Positions 38,885 to 49,700 of a stretch of 64,000 bases of DNA are shown in pieces. Within the stretch, counting starts at the first letter, position 1, and each line of letters starts with the position of its first letter. The stretch spans positions 55,033-119,032 of the forward strand of contig JBIOXB010000230.1 of the NCBI GenBank assembly GCA_044869275.1, read 5' to 3'. The notes under the pieces were generated by a model, which was given only the letters and a program-made list of their open reading frames with translations, did not search any database and had not been told where the DNA came from. The DNA is from a bacterium. GTDB taxonomy: Bacteria; Zhuqueibacterota; Zhuqueibacteria; Zhuqueibacterales; Zhuqueibacteraceae. A program made the position numbers and the translations under genes.

Positions 38885-39697
38885 TTAACCAATAATACCC
38901 CGCTCGCTTTTTTCGATGAACGCCAGCACCTCCTGCACTTCGGGGATCAATTCGCCGCTTTCACGAATGCGCTGCACCGCCTGGCTGACGTTCAGCTTGC
39001 TTTTAAAAATGATGCGGTAAGCCTGCTTCAGGGCCGCCAAAATTTCTTCCGAAAAGCCGCGCCGCCGCAAGCCCACGGAGTTCAGGCCGGCGTAGGTCAG
39101 CGGCTCGCCCATGGCGCGAATGAAGGGCGGCACGTCCTTGGCCACGCGATAGAAGCCGCCGATAAAGCTGTGCTTGCCGATGCGCACGAATTGATGCACC
39201 GGCACCATGCCGCCAAAGCCGGCGTAATCTTCGATGACCACATGGCCGGCGAGCGTGGCGGCATTGGCGAGAATACAATGATTGCCGATGTCGCAATCGT
39301 GCGCAACGTGGGTATAGGCCATGAGCAAGCAGTGGCTGCCCACCGTGGTTTTGCCGCGCTCGTGCGTGCCGCGGTTGAGAGACGCGAATTCGCGAATGAC
39401 GGTGTGGGCGCCGATTTCCAGCGTGGTTTCTTCGCCTTGGAATTTCAAATCTTGCGGCACTGTGCCCAGCACGGCGCCGGTGAATACCTGGCAGTATTCG
39501 TCCAAGCGCGTGCCCGCAGCGAGGTGCACGTGTGGTTTGATGACGCAGCCGTTGCCGAGGCGCACGTTGCCTTCGATGACGCTGTACGGTCCGATTTCGA
39601 CTGCGTCGCCGAGTTCAGCGCGTTTATCGACGACCGCCGTGGGATGAATGTTGGTCACAGGTTGAGGCTCATTTCGATTTCGCTGCCAATTCATCAC
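38885..39697 (-). CDS. lpxA: UDP-N-acetylglucosamine acyltransferase
   Basis: IHPTAVV, hexapeptide repeats, [31 protein letters not shown]; may start at GTG 39658. Confidence 0.96.
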   Translation of the reverse strand: MMNWQRNRNEPQPVTNIHPTAVVDKRAELGDAVEIGPYSVIEGNVRLGNGCVIKPHVHLAAGTRLDEYCQVFTGAVLGTVPQDLKFQGEETTLEIGAHTVIREFASLNRGTHERGKTTVGSHCLLMAYTHVAHDCDIGNHCILANAATLAGHVVIEDYAGFGGMVPVHQFVRIGKHSFIGGFYRVAKDVPPFIRAMGEPLTYAGLNSVGLRRRGFSEEILAALKQAYRIIFKSKLNVSQAVQRIRESGELIPEVQEVLAFIEKSERGIIG

Positions 39698-41091
39698 GTC
39701 CGCTCGACGACGGCCGCGGAAAGCTCTGCTTCACACACCAGCTCGTTTGCCACGAACGCCTTGCCCGACATTTTGCAGATCGATTGCCGCAGCTTGAGCA
39801 TTTCCACTTCGAAGCGAAGCTGATCGCCGGGCCGCACCGGCTTGCGAAATTTCACTTTGTCGACGCCGGTGAAATAGACCAGCTTATCTTCGGGATTGTC
39901 TTGCGTGTTGAGCAGCAAGATGCCGCCGGTTTGCGCCATGGCTTCGATGAGCAACACGCCGGGCATGATGGGATGGCCCGGGAAATGCCCTTGAAAAAAC
40001 GGCTCGTTGAACGTGACATTTTTGAGGCCCACCACGCGCTCGCGCGGCACCAAATCCAAAATGCGATCCACGAGCAGGAACGGGTAGCGATGCGGCAAAA
40101 TTTTGTGGATCGCGAGTGCGTCGAAAACGTATTCGCCGGTGTGCTTGCCCTGATACTTCGAGGTGATTTGGATTTTTTCGTATTCCTTGCGGATTTTTTT
40201 CACCAGCTCAACGTTCGCGGCGTGGCCGGAACGCGCCGCTTGTACGTGCGCCTTGAGCGGCACGCCGAGCAGCGCGAGATCGCCGAGCAAATCCAGGGCC
40301 TTGTGCCGCGCCGGCTCGTTTTTGAAGCGCAGCTCGCTTTCATTGAGATAGCCGTTTTTTTCGAGGCGTTTCAAATCCACCTGCGGGCCAAAAATTTTGC
40401 GCAAATGCTCGAGCTCGTGGCTTTTGATCTCGCGATCCACGAAGACCACGGCATTGTCGAGCGCGCCGCCCTTGATCAAGCCCTGGCGATACAAGTCTTC
40501 CACTTCGGAGAGCAGGCAAAACGTGCGCGCAGGGGCAAACTCGGATTCAAACTCCTTGAGCGAATACACTGCAGTGTATTGTGTGCCGACGCTGGGTGCC
40601 TTGTAGTCGATCAAGAACGTGATACGAAACTCGTCAGACGGAAACACCACAATGTCCACGCCTTTTTTTTCATCGGAATAGGCGATGGTTTTTTCGATGA
40701 CGAGGTAATCGCGCGGGGAGCTTTGCTTGACCGTGCCGGCCTGCTTTAGCACTTGCACGAAGGGCAAGGCGCTGCCGTCGCACACCGGCGGCTCGTTATT
40801 GTCCAATTCGACGATGACGTTATCGATGCGCAAGCCCGCGATCGCGGCCATGACGTGCTCGACGGTGTGCACCACCACCGGCCCCTTGCCGATCGTGGTG
40901 CCGCGCGAGACGTCGATGACGTGATCGATGTCGGCCTTGATTTGCGGTGCGCCCTCGAGATCGGCGCGGCGGAAATAGACGCCGGTGTTGGGCGGCGCGG
41001 GGTGAAACGTGAGCGTGGTTTTATTGCCGGTATGCAAGCCCGCACCGGCAATCGCCGCCGACTGCGCGATCGTTTGTTGATCTTCGAACAT
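39694..41091 (-). CDS. lpxC/fabZ: Bifunctional LpxC deacetylase / FabZ dehydratase
   Basis: [30 protein letters not shown], followed by [25 protein letters not shown]. Confidence 0.96.
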   Translation of the reverse strand: MFEDQQTIAQSAAIAGAGLHTGNKTTLTFHPAPPNTGVYFRRADLEGAPQIKADIDHVIDVSRGTTIGKGPVVVHTVEHVMAAIAGLRIDNVIVELDNNEPPVCDGSALPFVQVLKQAGTVKQSSPRDYLVIEKTIAYSDEKKGVDIVVFPSDEFRITFLIDYKAPSVGTQYTAVYSLKEFESEFAPARTFCLLSEVEDLYRQGLIKGGALDNAVVFVDREIKSHELEHLRKIFGPQVDLKRLEKNGYLNESELRFKNEPARHKALDLLGDLALLGVPLKAHVQAARSGHAANVELVKKIRKEYEKIQITSKYQGKHTGEYVFDALAIHKILPHRYPFLLVDRILDLVPRERVVGLKNVTFNEPFFQGHFPGHPIMPGVLLIEAMAQTGGILLLNTQDNPEDKLVYFTGVDKVKFRKPVRPGDQLRFEVEMLKLRQSICKMSGKAFVANELVCEAELSAAVVERT

Positions 41092-41117
41092 CAATTCTCC
41101 CTCTCATGCGAGCCCAT

Positions 41118-42191
41118 TCAATCTTTTTGATTTTCTGCCGCTTCGCCGGTGTCACGGCGCTCGATCTTCAAAAGTTTTTCGATCAAACGCAGGCGTGACA
41201 ACAGCTCGGGCAGGCGGCGAATCACGGCCTCTTCGCGCTTGGCTTTGCGGTGGTCGCGCGCCGGATAACCCGACACCACCAAGCCTGCGGGAACGGATTT
41301 CGTCACGCCGGCTTGCGCACCGAATACGGCGCGGTCGCCGATTTCGATGTGTCCGACCATGCCGACTTGGCCCGCGATCGTCACTTCCCGGCCAATCGTG
41401 GTGCTGCCGGAAATGCCGGTTTGTGCCGCGATGACCGTGTTCTCGCCGATGGTGACATTGTGAGCGACGTGCACCAGGTTATCCAGTTTCACGCCGCGCC
41501 GGAGGCGCGTCTCCCCAAACGTGCCGCGATCGATGCAACAATTCGCGCCGATCTCGACCTCGTCTTCCAGCACCACCGCGCCGAGGTGCGGAATTTTGTT
41601 TTGCCGGCCCGCGTGGCGCACGTAGCCAAAGCCGTCGGAGCCGATCACACTACCGAACTGAATGATGACGTTTTTGCCGATCTGTACTTCATGCGCAATG
41701 CGCACGCCCGGAAAGAGCAGCGTATTCGCGCCGAGGCGGCTGTATCGGCCCACGAAACATTGCGCGCCGATCTGCACGCCTGCGTCGATTTCACATCCCT
41801 CTTCGACGATGGTGTAGGGCCCGATGGCGACGCCCTCGCCCAGACGCACATGGGCGCCGATTTTCGCCGTGTCCGCGATGCCCGTGGCCACCGCGGGCGC
41901 GGGCAAATAATGCTTCAACACTTGCACGAAAGCGAAGTAGGGATTGGCCACGCGAATCAGCACCGGCCGCGGAGCACCGGTGGGCGGCGCGCTGCCTCCG
42001 TCTATGAAAACCGCAGCAGCCGGAGTGGTACCCAAAAGATCGAGGAAGCGGGGCTGCGCGATGAAAGACAAATCGCCTCCACCGGCTTGATCGATCGGCG
42101 CCACGCCGGTAATGACCGTCCGTGCCTCGCCCTCCACCTGGCCTTGTGTGAGTTCTGCGATTTCTGCCACGCTCAAAGGCGCAAGCTTCAA
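41118..42191 (-). CDS. lpxD: UDP-3-O-acylglucosamine N-acyltransferase
   Basis: NPYFAF, IGSDGFGY, IGANCCIDRG, KLDNLVHVAHN, SGYPA. Confidence 0.95.
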   Translation of the reverse strand: MKLAPLSVAEIAELTQGQVEGEARTVITGVAPIDQAGGGDLSFIAQPRFLDLLGTTPAAAVFIDGGSAPPTGAPRPVLIRVANPYFAFVQVLKHYLPAPAVATGIADTAKIGAHVRLGEGVAIGPYTIVEEGCEIDAGVQIGAQCFVGRYSRLGANTLLFPGVRIAHEVQIGKNVIIQFGSVIGSDGFGYVRHAGRQNKIPHLGAVVLEDEVEIGANCCIDRGTFGETRLRRGVKLDNLVHVAHNVTIGENTVIAAQTGISGSTTIGREVTIAGQVGMVGHIEIGDRAVFGAQAGVTKSVPAGLVVSGYPARDHRKAKREEAVIRRLPELLSRLRLIEKLLKIERRDTGEAAENQKD

Positions 42192-42303
42192 CCCGCCTCC
42201 CGCTGTTTAAGGATGCCAGTAGCCATGCCAACGAAAAGAAAGCCCCGCCGGTTTATGCGGCACGCACAATCCGATCAGGGCACAGTCAGAAACGGTGCGC
42301 AGC

Positions 42304-42879
42304 TTACTTATTCGAGCTTTTGGGAGGCGTGGTTTTCGCGGCCGCTCCCACGGTTTTGTTGAGCTCTTCGACCACTTTTTGAGTTAAATCCGGCTGGTTG
42401 GGGCCAGCGTACACGATGTTGCCCGCCACCGTGTCGAAAATAAAATCGTACTTTTCCTCGGCCCCGAATTTCTTGATGACCACCTGTACTTTTTCGATGA
42501 TCGGTTTCATCAATTCATTCTGCTTTTTAAAAGCCTCGCCTTGCTGGCCCCATTTCTCCTGCTGGAATTGCTGGAAGCGCAGATAGAGGTTTTGCAGGTC
42601 CGTTTCCTTTTCCTTGCGTTTTTCCTCACTCAGCAGCAGGGCCTGCGATTCCAGTTCATCCTGCTTGGTTTGCAGCTCACGCTGCATGTTGCGGGCCTCT
42701 TCCTCCCAGCCCTTGTTGATTTCGGCAAGCTGTTTCTGCGCGTCTTGCGCTTCTTTGTAGCTTTCGAGAATCTTCTGCGAATCCACGTAGCCGATTTTTA
42801 TTTGTGCCGCGGAAGGACTGGCAAACAACAGCAGCACCGCCGCCGCAGTGGCGCCAATCCCGATGAGTGATTTTCTCAC
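42304..42879 (-). CDS. skp: Periplasmic chaperone Skp/OmpH
   Basis: Signal peptide, KIGYVD, coiled coil, YDFIFD, DLT..V; GTG start with AAGGAGG upstream. Confidence 0.92.
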   Translation of the reverse strand: MRKSLIGIGATAAAVLLLFASPSAAQIKIGYVDSQKILESYKEAQDAQKQLAEINKGWEEEARNMQRELQTKQDELESQALLLSEEKRKEKETDLQNLYLRFQQFQQEKWGQQGEAFKKQNELMKPIIEKVQVVIKKFGAEEKYDFIFDTVAGNIVYAGPNQPDLTQKVVEELNKTVGAAAKTTPPKSSNK

Positions 42880-42934
42880 CCCGACCTCCTTGCTTGATAA
42901 TGAATGGTACATGTTTGTTTTCTTGCCTTGAGGA

Positions 42935-42988
42935 TTACACCTTACACGTTACACTTTACACGTTAAACGTGTAAAGTGTAACGTGTAA
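42935..42988. repeat. Heptamer (TTACACN) palindromic array
   Basis: 42942-42964 is the perfect reverse complement of 42966-42988 (23-bp arms, 1-nt centre). Confidence 0.85.
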
Positions 42989-43003
42989 ATTCTAATCTCG
43001 TCA

Positions 43004-45319
43004 TTAAAAACTCTTTCCAAATACAAAATGCGGCTTCCAGCGGCCGAAGCGCCTGCCCGTGATCGGATCGACATAGTCGAAGCCATAGGCGTAATCAAAG
43101 CCAATAATACCCAGCAGCGGCATGAACAAACGCGCCCCCACCCCCACGGCACGCCGCAAATCGCTGGGATTTGTACGCGCGAGATCGGGCCAGGTGTTGC
43201 CGGCTTCCGCAAAAGTCAGCGCAAAAATCGTGGGGTTCGGCGAAATGGGAATGCGAAACTCCGCCTGATACTTCAGCATGGTGCGATCCAGAGGAGGGTT
43301 GGGCGCGCGCAGGGGATCTTCATATCCGCGCAGCGCGATGGAGTTGCTCAAACCCTCGCCGCCCATGTAGAAGTAGTCCAGATAAGGGATTTGACTGCCG
43401 CTGCTCAGTTTGTCGAGATAACCCGCCTTGAAACTCACGAACAAAACAAACTGGCCGAACGTCGGAAAGAACCAATCCGCGTCAAACTCATGCTTGTAAA
43501 AGCCGACATTGCCGTACAACGGGCCGCCAGCGAGCTCAGAAGTCAACGACACTTGCGAGCCGGCCGTGGGGAATTCGGGGCGGTTCAAGCTGTTGCGGCT
43601 GAAAATGGCGGTAATCGAGCTGGAAGTGAAAGTACTCGTGCGCACGCGCACATCGGTATAATCTTGCTTCTGAAAACGATAAATCCCGTCGAGGCGAAAG
43701 TAATTATCCGGCCAGCTCAGCCTTCGTCCCAGGCGCACGGACAAGCCTTGCGATCTGCCGGCGTAGTAGTCGAACTGGCCAAAGGTTGAGGTGGAATTCG
43801 AAAGGCCGCTGCGCTTGGTGTCGAAGATGCTGAGGCTGGCCAGCGTGGGCGTGCCAAACAACCAAGGCTCTGTGAAGCCGACTTGAAATGAACGATAATA
43901 CTTTCCGAAATTCCAATCGAATGACAAGCGCTGGCCGTTGCCGAGAAAATTGTTCATGGCAATGCCGATGGCGCCGATGATCTTGTCGCGCTCGCTCCAG
44001 CCCGCACTCATGTTGGCGGTGTCGGTGGATTTTTCCGTGACTTCGACGAGCACATCAACTTTCTCATCGGAGATCGGGCGCACGTCCGGCTTGACGTCGG
44101 AAAAGTAATTGAGCACGAAGATCTCGCGCTGGCTACGTATCAGGGCTTCGCGGCTGAACACATCGCCCGGGCGAACGTAGAGCTCGCGGCGAATGACTTT
44201 TTCTTTGGTTTTGGTGTTGCCTGTAATTTGAATGCGATTGATGGTGACGGCGTTGCCTTCGGTCACCAGAAAATGCAGGTTCACCTTGTTGTCTTCGGCC
44301 ACCTTCTCGACCGGATTGACGGTCGCAAAAATGTAACCGGCATCGTAATACATGCTGCCCAGACGCTCGACCACGGCTTCCTGCAGCTGTTTCGAATTGA
44401 ACTCATCGCCTTTGGAAAAACCCAGGCGGCTGGCCAGCACCCAATCGGGATAAAGCTTGTTGCCCTCCCAGGTGACGTCGCCGATAAAGTATTTCTGGCC
44501 TTCATCGACCCAAATGTCAATGAACATGGCTTTTTTGTCGGCGCTGTAGTAAATCGAGTCGCGCAACACCTCGGCGTCGCGCAGACCGTGCTCGCGATAG
44601 AATTCCACGACCTTGGCTTTATCTTCGCGGAATTTATCCTCGTCAAAATCGCCGCCGCCGAAAAGTCCGTTGGGCTTGGTGCCTTTCAATTGCTTGCGCA
44701 GCTTGCCGTCGTCAAAAGCGGTATTGCCATGAAAACTGATGCTCTTGATTTGAACTTTGTTGCCCTCTTGAATCTTGACGAGCAAATTGACCTGGTCGTC
44801 GATCCCGGCGGGAGTTAATTCCGTTTGAATCTCGGCCAGCAGATAACCCTTGTCTTCGTAAAATTTTTTCAGTTTGCGGGAAGTGCGCGCGCTCTCGCGC
44901 GGACTGATGATCTGGCCCTTGAAGAACGTCAGCTCTTTCTCCAGGTCTTTCTTTTTGATTTTGGTATTGCCGTCCAACTCGATCTTGTTGAGCCGGGGAA
45001 ACTCCTTCACGCGGATGGTTAAATAAATACCATCGCCCACCTGCCGGTCCAGCACCAGGGCGACATCCTCAAACATGTCCAAGCTCCAAAGCTGCTTAAT
45101 GGCATTCTGCAAATCGTCGCCGGTGACGACCTGTCCAATATTTAAGGCCGAGCTGAGCTTGATAAAATTGCCGTCGGCGGTTTTGTTCCCTTCGACGGAA
45201 AGTCCCAGGAGCTTGAGGTTGTTTTGCCGTTGCGCCAGGGCCGGCGCAGCGTCACAAAAAAAAGACAGCGCAATAAACGCAAAAAACAGGCGGTGAAAGT
45301 TCATGTTTCTGGTCAACAT
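43004..45319 (-). CDS. bamA: Outer membrane protein assembly factor BamA
   Basis: POTRA repeats (GNTKTKEKVIRREL), NFLGNGQ, FTEPWLFG, LRGY, C-terminal F. Confidence 0.95.
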   Translation of the reverse strand: MLTRNMNFHRLFFAFIALSFFCDAAPALAQRQNNLKLLGLSVEGNKTADGNFIKLSSALNIGQVVTGDDLQNAIKQLWSLDMFEDVALVLDRQVGDGIYLTIRVKEFPRLNKIELDGNTKIKKKDLEKELTFFKGQIISPRESARTSRKLKKFYEDKGYLLAEIQTELTPAGIDDQVNLLVKIQEGNKVQIKSISFHGNTAFDDGKLRKQLKGTKPNGLFGGGDFDEDKFREDKAKVVEFYREHGLRDAEVLRDSIYYSADKKAMFIDIWVDEGQKYFIGDVTWEGNKLYPDWVLASRLGFSKGDEFNSKQLQEAVVERLGSMYYDAGYIFATVNPVEKVAEDNKVNLHFLVTEGNAVTINRIQITGNTKTKEKVIRRELYVRPGDVFSREALIRSQREIFVLNYFSDVKPDVRPISDEKVDVLVEVTEKSTDTANMSAGWSERDKIIGAIGIAMNNFLGNGQRLSFDWNFGKYYRSFQVGFTEPWLFGTPTLASLSIFDTKRSGLSNSTSTFGQFDYYAGRSQGLSVRLGRRLSWPDNYFRLDGIYRFQKQDYTDVRVRTSTFTSSSITAIFSRNSLNRPEFPTAGSQVSLTSELAGGPLYGNVGFYKHEFDADWFFPTFGQFVLFVSFKAGYLDKLSSGSQIPYLDYFYMGGEGLSNSIALRGYEDPLRAPNPPLDRTMLKYQAEFRIPISPNPTIFALTFAEAGNTWPDLARTNPSDLRRAVGVGARLFMPLLGIIGFDYAYGFDYVDPITGRRFGRWKPHFVFGKSF

Positions 45320-45709
45320 TTTAAAAGCCAAATCCCTGCTTTCTTAAGATAATAAAATTAGGAATTTTTTGCTGTAATGTAAAGCAGAATTTTCAGGCAC
45401 GAACGCCGAGTTATGAGACTTCCGTGAGCCCCAATTAGTTTCCTGAAAAATGAAGATTTAGGCGGGGAAAACAGGAAGAAAGTAGACGTCAGCGTAACCC
45501 GATGAACGCTAAGACGCCTTCATCAGAAATGCGGTATTTAGTATTAAAGAAACAGCTTTGTCCCAGGCACGGGGATAGAGTGCTTGGCGCTCGCTCCAAC
45601 ACGGAGCCACGAGGTACACGAGAATGCGCAGAGCCATCCGCCGGTTCTGCAAAACTGCCAAAATCCTTGCCCGCGTACCTTGTGTCTCCGGGTTGAATCA
45701 TCTTGCAAC

Positions 45710-46594
45710 TCAAGTCATGTCCACCGCGGCCGCCTCCGGCACCAGGGCTTCAAACCACTTGCCGTTTTCTTCCAGCCCGGAGGCGGGCAATTGCTCGCTC
45801 ACGCGGCCAAAGCGGCGCTCGCGTTTTTGAAAAGCCTGTAATGCGCGATAAAACTCTTCGCGGCGAAAATCCGGCCAGTGCACGTCGGTAACGTAAATCT
45901 CCGTGTATGCCAATTGCCACAACAGGAAATTGCTGATACGCCATTCGCCGCTGGTGCGAATGAGCAAATCCGGATCCGGGATATTGGAAGTGTACAGCCG
46001 GGAAGCAATCGCATTACCGTTGATGGCAGCGGGATTGAGACGGCCGGCTTCAACTTCCTGCGCGATGCGGCGCACGGCGTCGGTGATCTCCTCACGGCTG
46101 GAATAGCTCAAAGCCAGGTTGAGGGTCAGACCGGTATTGTTATCCAGCGCGCGCATGGCATATTCCAAGCCCTGGCGCGCGAGATAGGGCAGGTCTTGCA
46201 GACGGCCTATCGTTTTCAAACGCACATTGTTGCGCCTGAGCTCTTCGACCTCCTGATAGATCGTTCTGATCAATAACGACATCAACGCCGAGACTTCGCT
46301 TTTCGGCCGGTGCCAATTTTCGGTGGAGAAAGTAAACAGCGTCAAATAACGCACATTCAGCTCGCCGCTGGCGCGCACAATTTCGCGCACGGAATTGACG
46401 CCTTCGCGATGGCCATCTACGCGCGGCTTCTCGCGCATTTTGGCCCAGCGGCCGTTGCCATCCATGATGATCGCGATATGCGCGGGCAAGGGTCCGGCTT
46501 TCAAATGTTTGAGGACTTCTGCATAAGGTTCGTCCTGATCCTGGCCGCGTCTGTGCGCGGCGCCATTACAGTCCTGTTGGTTTTCCAAATTCAT
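45710..46594 (-). CDS. uppS: Undecaprenyl diphosphate synthase
   Basis: HIAIIMDGNGRWA, FSTENW.RP, PDLLIRTSGE.RISNFLLWQ, RERRFG. Confidence 0.97.
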   Translation of the reverse strand: MNLENQQDCNGAAHRRGQDQDEPYAEVLKHLKAGPLPAHIAIIMDGNGRWAKMREKPRVDGHREGVNSVREIVRASGELNVRYLTLFTFSTENWHRPKSEVSALMSLLIRTIYQEVEELRRNNVRLKTIGRLQDLPYLARQGLEYAMRALDNNTGLTLNLALSYSSREEITDAVRRIAQEVEAGRLNPAAINGNAIASRLYTSNIPDPDLLIRTSGEWRISNFLLWQLAYTEIYVTDVHWPDFRREEFYRALQAFQKRERRFGRVSEQLPASGLEENGKWFEALVPEAAAVDMT

Positions 46595-46651
46595 TCACCT
46601 CGAAAATAAAATTAAATAGAAGGGCATTACCCCGTTCGTTGGGCCTGATCT

Positions 46652-49579
46652 CTATTGCAGCAAGATCATCTTGCGGCTTTGCACGAAGCTTTCGGCCTGC
46701 AAACGGTACAGGTAAACTCCGCTGGGAGCAGGCTCGCCCGCATCGTTTTTGCCGTCCCACTTGGTGGCATGAACTCCCGCGGCAAATTTTTGCAACCCCA
46801 GCGTGCGAATTTTTCTGCCCGTCAAGTCAAAAACTTCGAGCCTAACATGTGCTGCTTTCGGCAACTGAAACTTTACCAACGTTTCGGGATTAAAGGGATT
46901 CGGATAATTCTGTTCCAATGCAAATTCACGCGGCAGGGACGGTGACGGCCCCGCTTCCACTGCCATGACGAACAGCTCATTCCAAAACTGCACAGCGGCA
47001 TCGGCGTTGGTTTGCAAATCTTGTAAATTGGTACCGGCCAGCAGCGCAAAGCCGAGGGTGACCTTTCCATTCGCTGGAATGGTGTGCGGGCCGCTGCCGA
47101 TCACATAAGAAACGTCCTCCGGGCCGGCTTTGGTAATGCTCACGCCGCCCAGCAGCGACTCCCATTTTTCGACGTCTGTGAAGCCGTCATAAATGCCCCA
47201 GCTGGGATTGCCGGTGGCATTTTGGTTGTTGTAAATCGCGCGAAAAGAGGGGTTCGCGCCTTCAATCAAAGACATGCCGGCGTAAGTCTTCGTGCCAGCG
47301 CCGGTGTTGTAGCAATAGCCCAGCCGGCGCTCGGCATCGTACTCGGCAACATCCGTCGTCGCCGAAGTGCCGACGTCCCAATCAAAAAAATACCCGAAAT
47401 AAAAATTGCTCAACTCCGTGGCGTTGAGATTCTCCACCGTGTAGCGCAATAAAATCACATCCTCATACGGCGCGCGCGAGGCCGCGAACGTCTCTTGTGT
47501 GATGCGCACATTCATGGGAGTAGTGGCAGCTTTGTCCTCGAAAATGCCGAGACTTTCTTCATCCGTGCGCGCGCCCGGCCGGTTGATGCGCAAATCGCCG
47601 CCGCTGGCAATGGTGAAATCCTTATCGTACACCATCTGATTGTTGACAAAAGCGCCGCGCACCGCATTCGAAACATGGTTGAGGCTATTGCCCGCCAGGA
47701 TGGCACCTTCGAAGAGCAAACTGGCGCCGCCTTGATATTTGAAGCCAATGCCCTGGCCCAATTGCTCGGAGTCGGCATATCCCAGCCGGCCGATGTTGGT
47801 CACGGTGGTTTCGATATTGTTCACACTCAAGCTGCCATAGGTCGGGAGAATCGTCAAGCTGAAACGGTCCTTGTCGCTATAAGTCCCGGCGGAGATGCTG
47901 AGTGTAAATTCGATGGGATGGCCGCTCGGCGCATTGCCCGCGACCGTAAAACGAAATGGCGCAGCGGGTGATTTCTCCTCCAAAGTTCCAATCGCCGCAA
48001 TCGCACCGCTGGCCGCGTTGAGAGTGACGTATGCATCGTTCTCGCTCAACGCCAGATTCACGTTCGTCACCGGTGCGAGATAGTCGATGAGGCTGACTTG
48101 CACCGTCACGCTTTCGTTCGGTTCGATCACGCCGTCGGCATCGGCATCGGCAAACGTCACGTTCGCGACGCGCAACGAGGGCACGTTCTCCGTTACCGCG
48201 CGCAAGGCATTAATGCGGCCTCGTCCCAGCAGACCGATAAAGTTGGGATTCTGCGCATCGATGTTGTCCGCGGTCACGCGCACCTGCTCGGCTGCTTGCA
48301 CCCCTGTCCAATCCGGGTGCAGCGTCTTCACCAGCGCCACCACACCCGCGACCAACGGACAAGACATGGAGGTGCCGCTGATCGCCCCGTACTGCCCGTT
48401 ATTCAGCGTGCTCAAAATATTCGTGCCGGGTGCAGCCACATCCACCCATGTGCCGAAATTGGAAGAGCCACCGCGCACATCGCTGTTCAAGGTATTGGCG
48501 ACAGCCAACACGTGACGATATGCCGCCGGATACGACAAGGCCGAAGAATTGTCATTTCCTGCGGCCGCGACCACGACTGCTCCCATGCTGGTGGCATAAT
48601 CGATCACTTCTTGCTCGAAAGCGGAAGCGCCACCCTGCCGGCCCCAGCTCAAGCTGATGACGTGCGCGCCGTTGTTGGCGGCGTACAAAACGCCCTCATA
48701 TCCGAAAGAGATACTGCGATCGGCATTCGGGCTGCTGGCGTTGACGCCCATGAGCTTGGCGTTCCAGCTCACACCGGCCACGCCGACGCTGTTGTTGGTC
48801 ACCGCACATGCCAGCCCGGCAGTATGCGTGCCGTGATCGGCGTTTTGCGGCGTGGTACCCAGGCCGGTCGGATCGCCGCTGTTATTCGCAAAGTTCCAGC
48901 CATTGACATCGTCTTTGTAGCCGTTGTTGTCATCATCCAAACCGTTGCCTGGAGTTTCGTCAGCATTCACCCAAAAGTTCGCTTGCAGATCGGGGTGATC
49001 ACGATCGCTGCCGCCGTCGATCACGGCGATCACCGCGCTGCCTTGCTCGCCTTTCACCAAGTCCCATGCTTGTGCGGCTCGGATGGTGTTAAAAAACGAT
49101 TGATCGGCATATTCGGGATCGTTGGGCGGGGCGGCGAGGGTGTGCAGGTACTTCGGCTCGGCATATTCGAGCTGGTCGTCCTGGCGCAAATCTTCAGCGA
49201 CGAGAAACGGAGAAATATTGGCAGCAAAATAGACAAAATAGATTTTACTGAGATTGAGGCTCGCCGCCGTGCCCTGCCGGGAGGGCGCTTCCGCCAGCAG
49301 CGGCTCGAGGCGATAGACGCCGTGCTTTTGCAAACGCGCTTCCAGCCCAGAGCTGCCCGTGGCAGCCCTTGCGGTTGCGGGATCGGGACGCTCTTTGAAT
49401 TTGACGATCACGACGTTTGGGACACAATCGCCTTCCGCGAGCCGGGCGCGCTGCAACATTGTTTTTGCCTTGGAGGAAGCAGAATTGCCCGCACTCCCGC
49501 GGGCAAAGACGGAGCAATAACAAAATGACCAAGCGATCATCACCATCATCAAACCGCGGCGAAAAAACAAATGGTGCAT
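46652..49579 (-). CDS. Secreted S8 subtilisin-like serine protease with C-terminal sorting domain
   Basis: Triad VIDGG / HGTHTAG / GTSMSCP; AAAGN; C-terminal QNYPNPFNP...WDGKND...SGVYLYRL. Confidence 0.93.
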   Translation of the reverse strand: MHHLFFRRGLMMVMIAWSFCYCSVFARGSAGNSASSKAKTMLQRARLAEGDCVPNVVIVKFKERPDPATARAATGSSGLEARLQKHGVYRLEPLLAEAPSRQGTAASLNLSKIYFVYFAANISPFLVAEDLRQDDQLEYAEPKYLHTLAAPPNDPEYADQSFFNTIRAAQAWDLVKGEQGSAVIAVIDGGSDRDHPDLQANFWVNADETPGNGLDDDNNGYKDDVNGWNFANNSGDPTGLGTTPQNADHGTHTAGLACAVTNNSVGVAGVSWNAKLMGVNASSPNADRSISFGYEGVLYAANNGAHVISLSWGRQGGASAFEQEVIDYATSMGAVVVAAAGNDNSSALSYPAAYRHVLAVANTLNSDVRGGSSNFGTWVDVAAPGTNILSTLNNGQYGAISGTSMSCPLVAGVVALVKTLHPDWTGVQAAEQVRVTADNIDAQNPNFIGLLGRGRINALRAVTENVPSLRVANVTFADADADGVIEPNESVTVQVSLIDYLAPVTNVNLALSENDAYVTLNAASGAIAAIGTLEEKSPAAPFRFTVAGNAPSGHPIEFTLSISAGTYSDKDRFSLTILPTYGSLSVNNIETTVTNIGRLGYADSEQLGQGIGFKYQGGASLLFEGAILAGNSLNHVSNAVRGAFVNNQMVYDKDFTIASGGDLRINRPGARTDEESLGIFEDKAATTPMNVRITQETFAASRAPYEDVILLRYTVENLNATELSNFYFGYFFDWDVGTSATTDVAEYDAERRLGYCYNTGAGTKTYAGMSLIEGANPSFRAIYNNQNATGNPSWGIYDGFTDVEKWESLLGGVSITKAGPEDVSYVIGSGPHTIPANGKVTLGFALLAGTNLQDLQTNADAAVQFWNELFVMAVEAGPSPSLPREFALEQNYPNPFNPETLVKFQLPKAAHVRLEVFDLTGRKIRTLGLQKFAAGVHATKWDGKNDAGEPAPSGVYLYRLQAESFVQSRKMILLQ

Positions 49580-49602
49580 GAATGAGCCTCCATGTTCATG
49601 AC

Positions 49603-49633
49603 AAAAAAGGCGAGGAGCTTTCTCGTCGCCTTT
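49603..49633 (-). terminator. Probable intrinsic terminator downstream of the M23 gene
   Basis: Minus strand reads AAAGGCGACGAG-AAAG-CTCCTCGCCTTTTTT. Confidence 0.5.
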
Positions 49634-49700
49634 GGGTTTTGGGGCCAGCCAATTCTCAGGTTATCGGATCATGATCGACGCATGCCGCGGCGTTACCACG

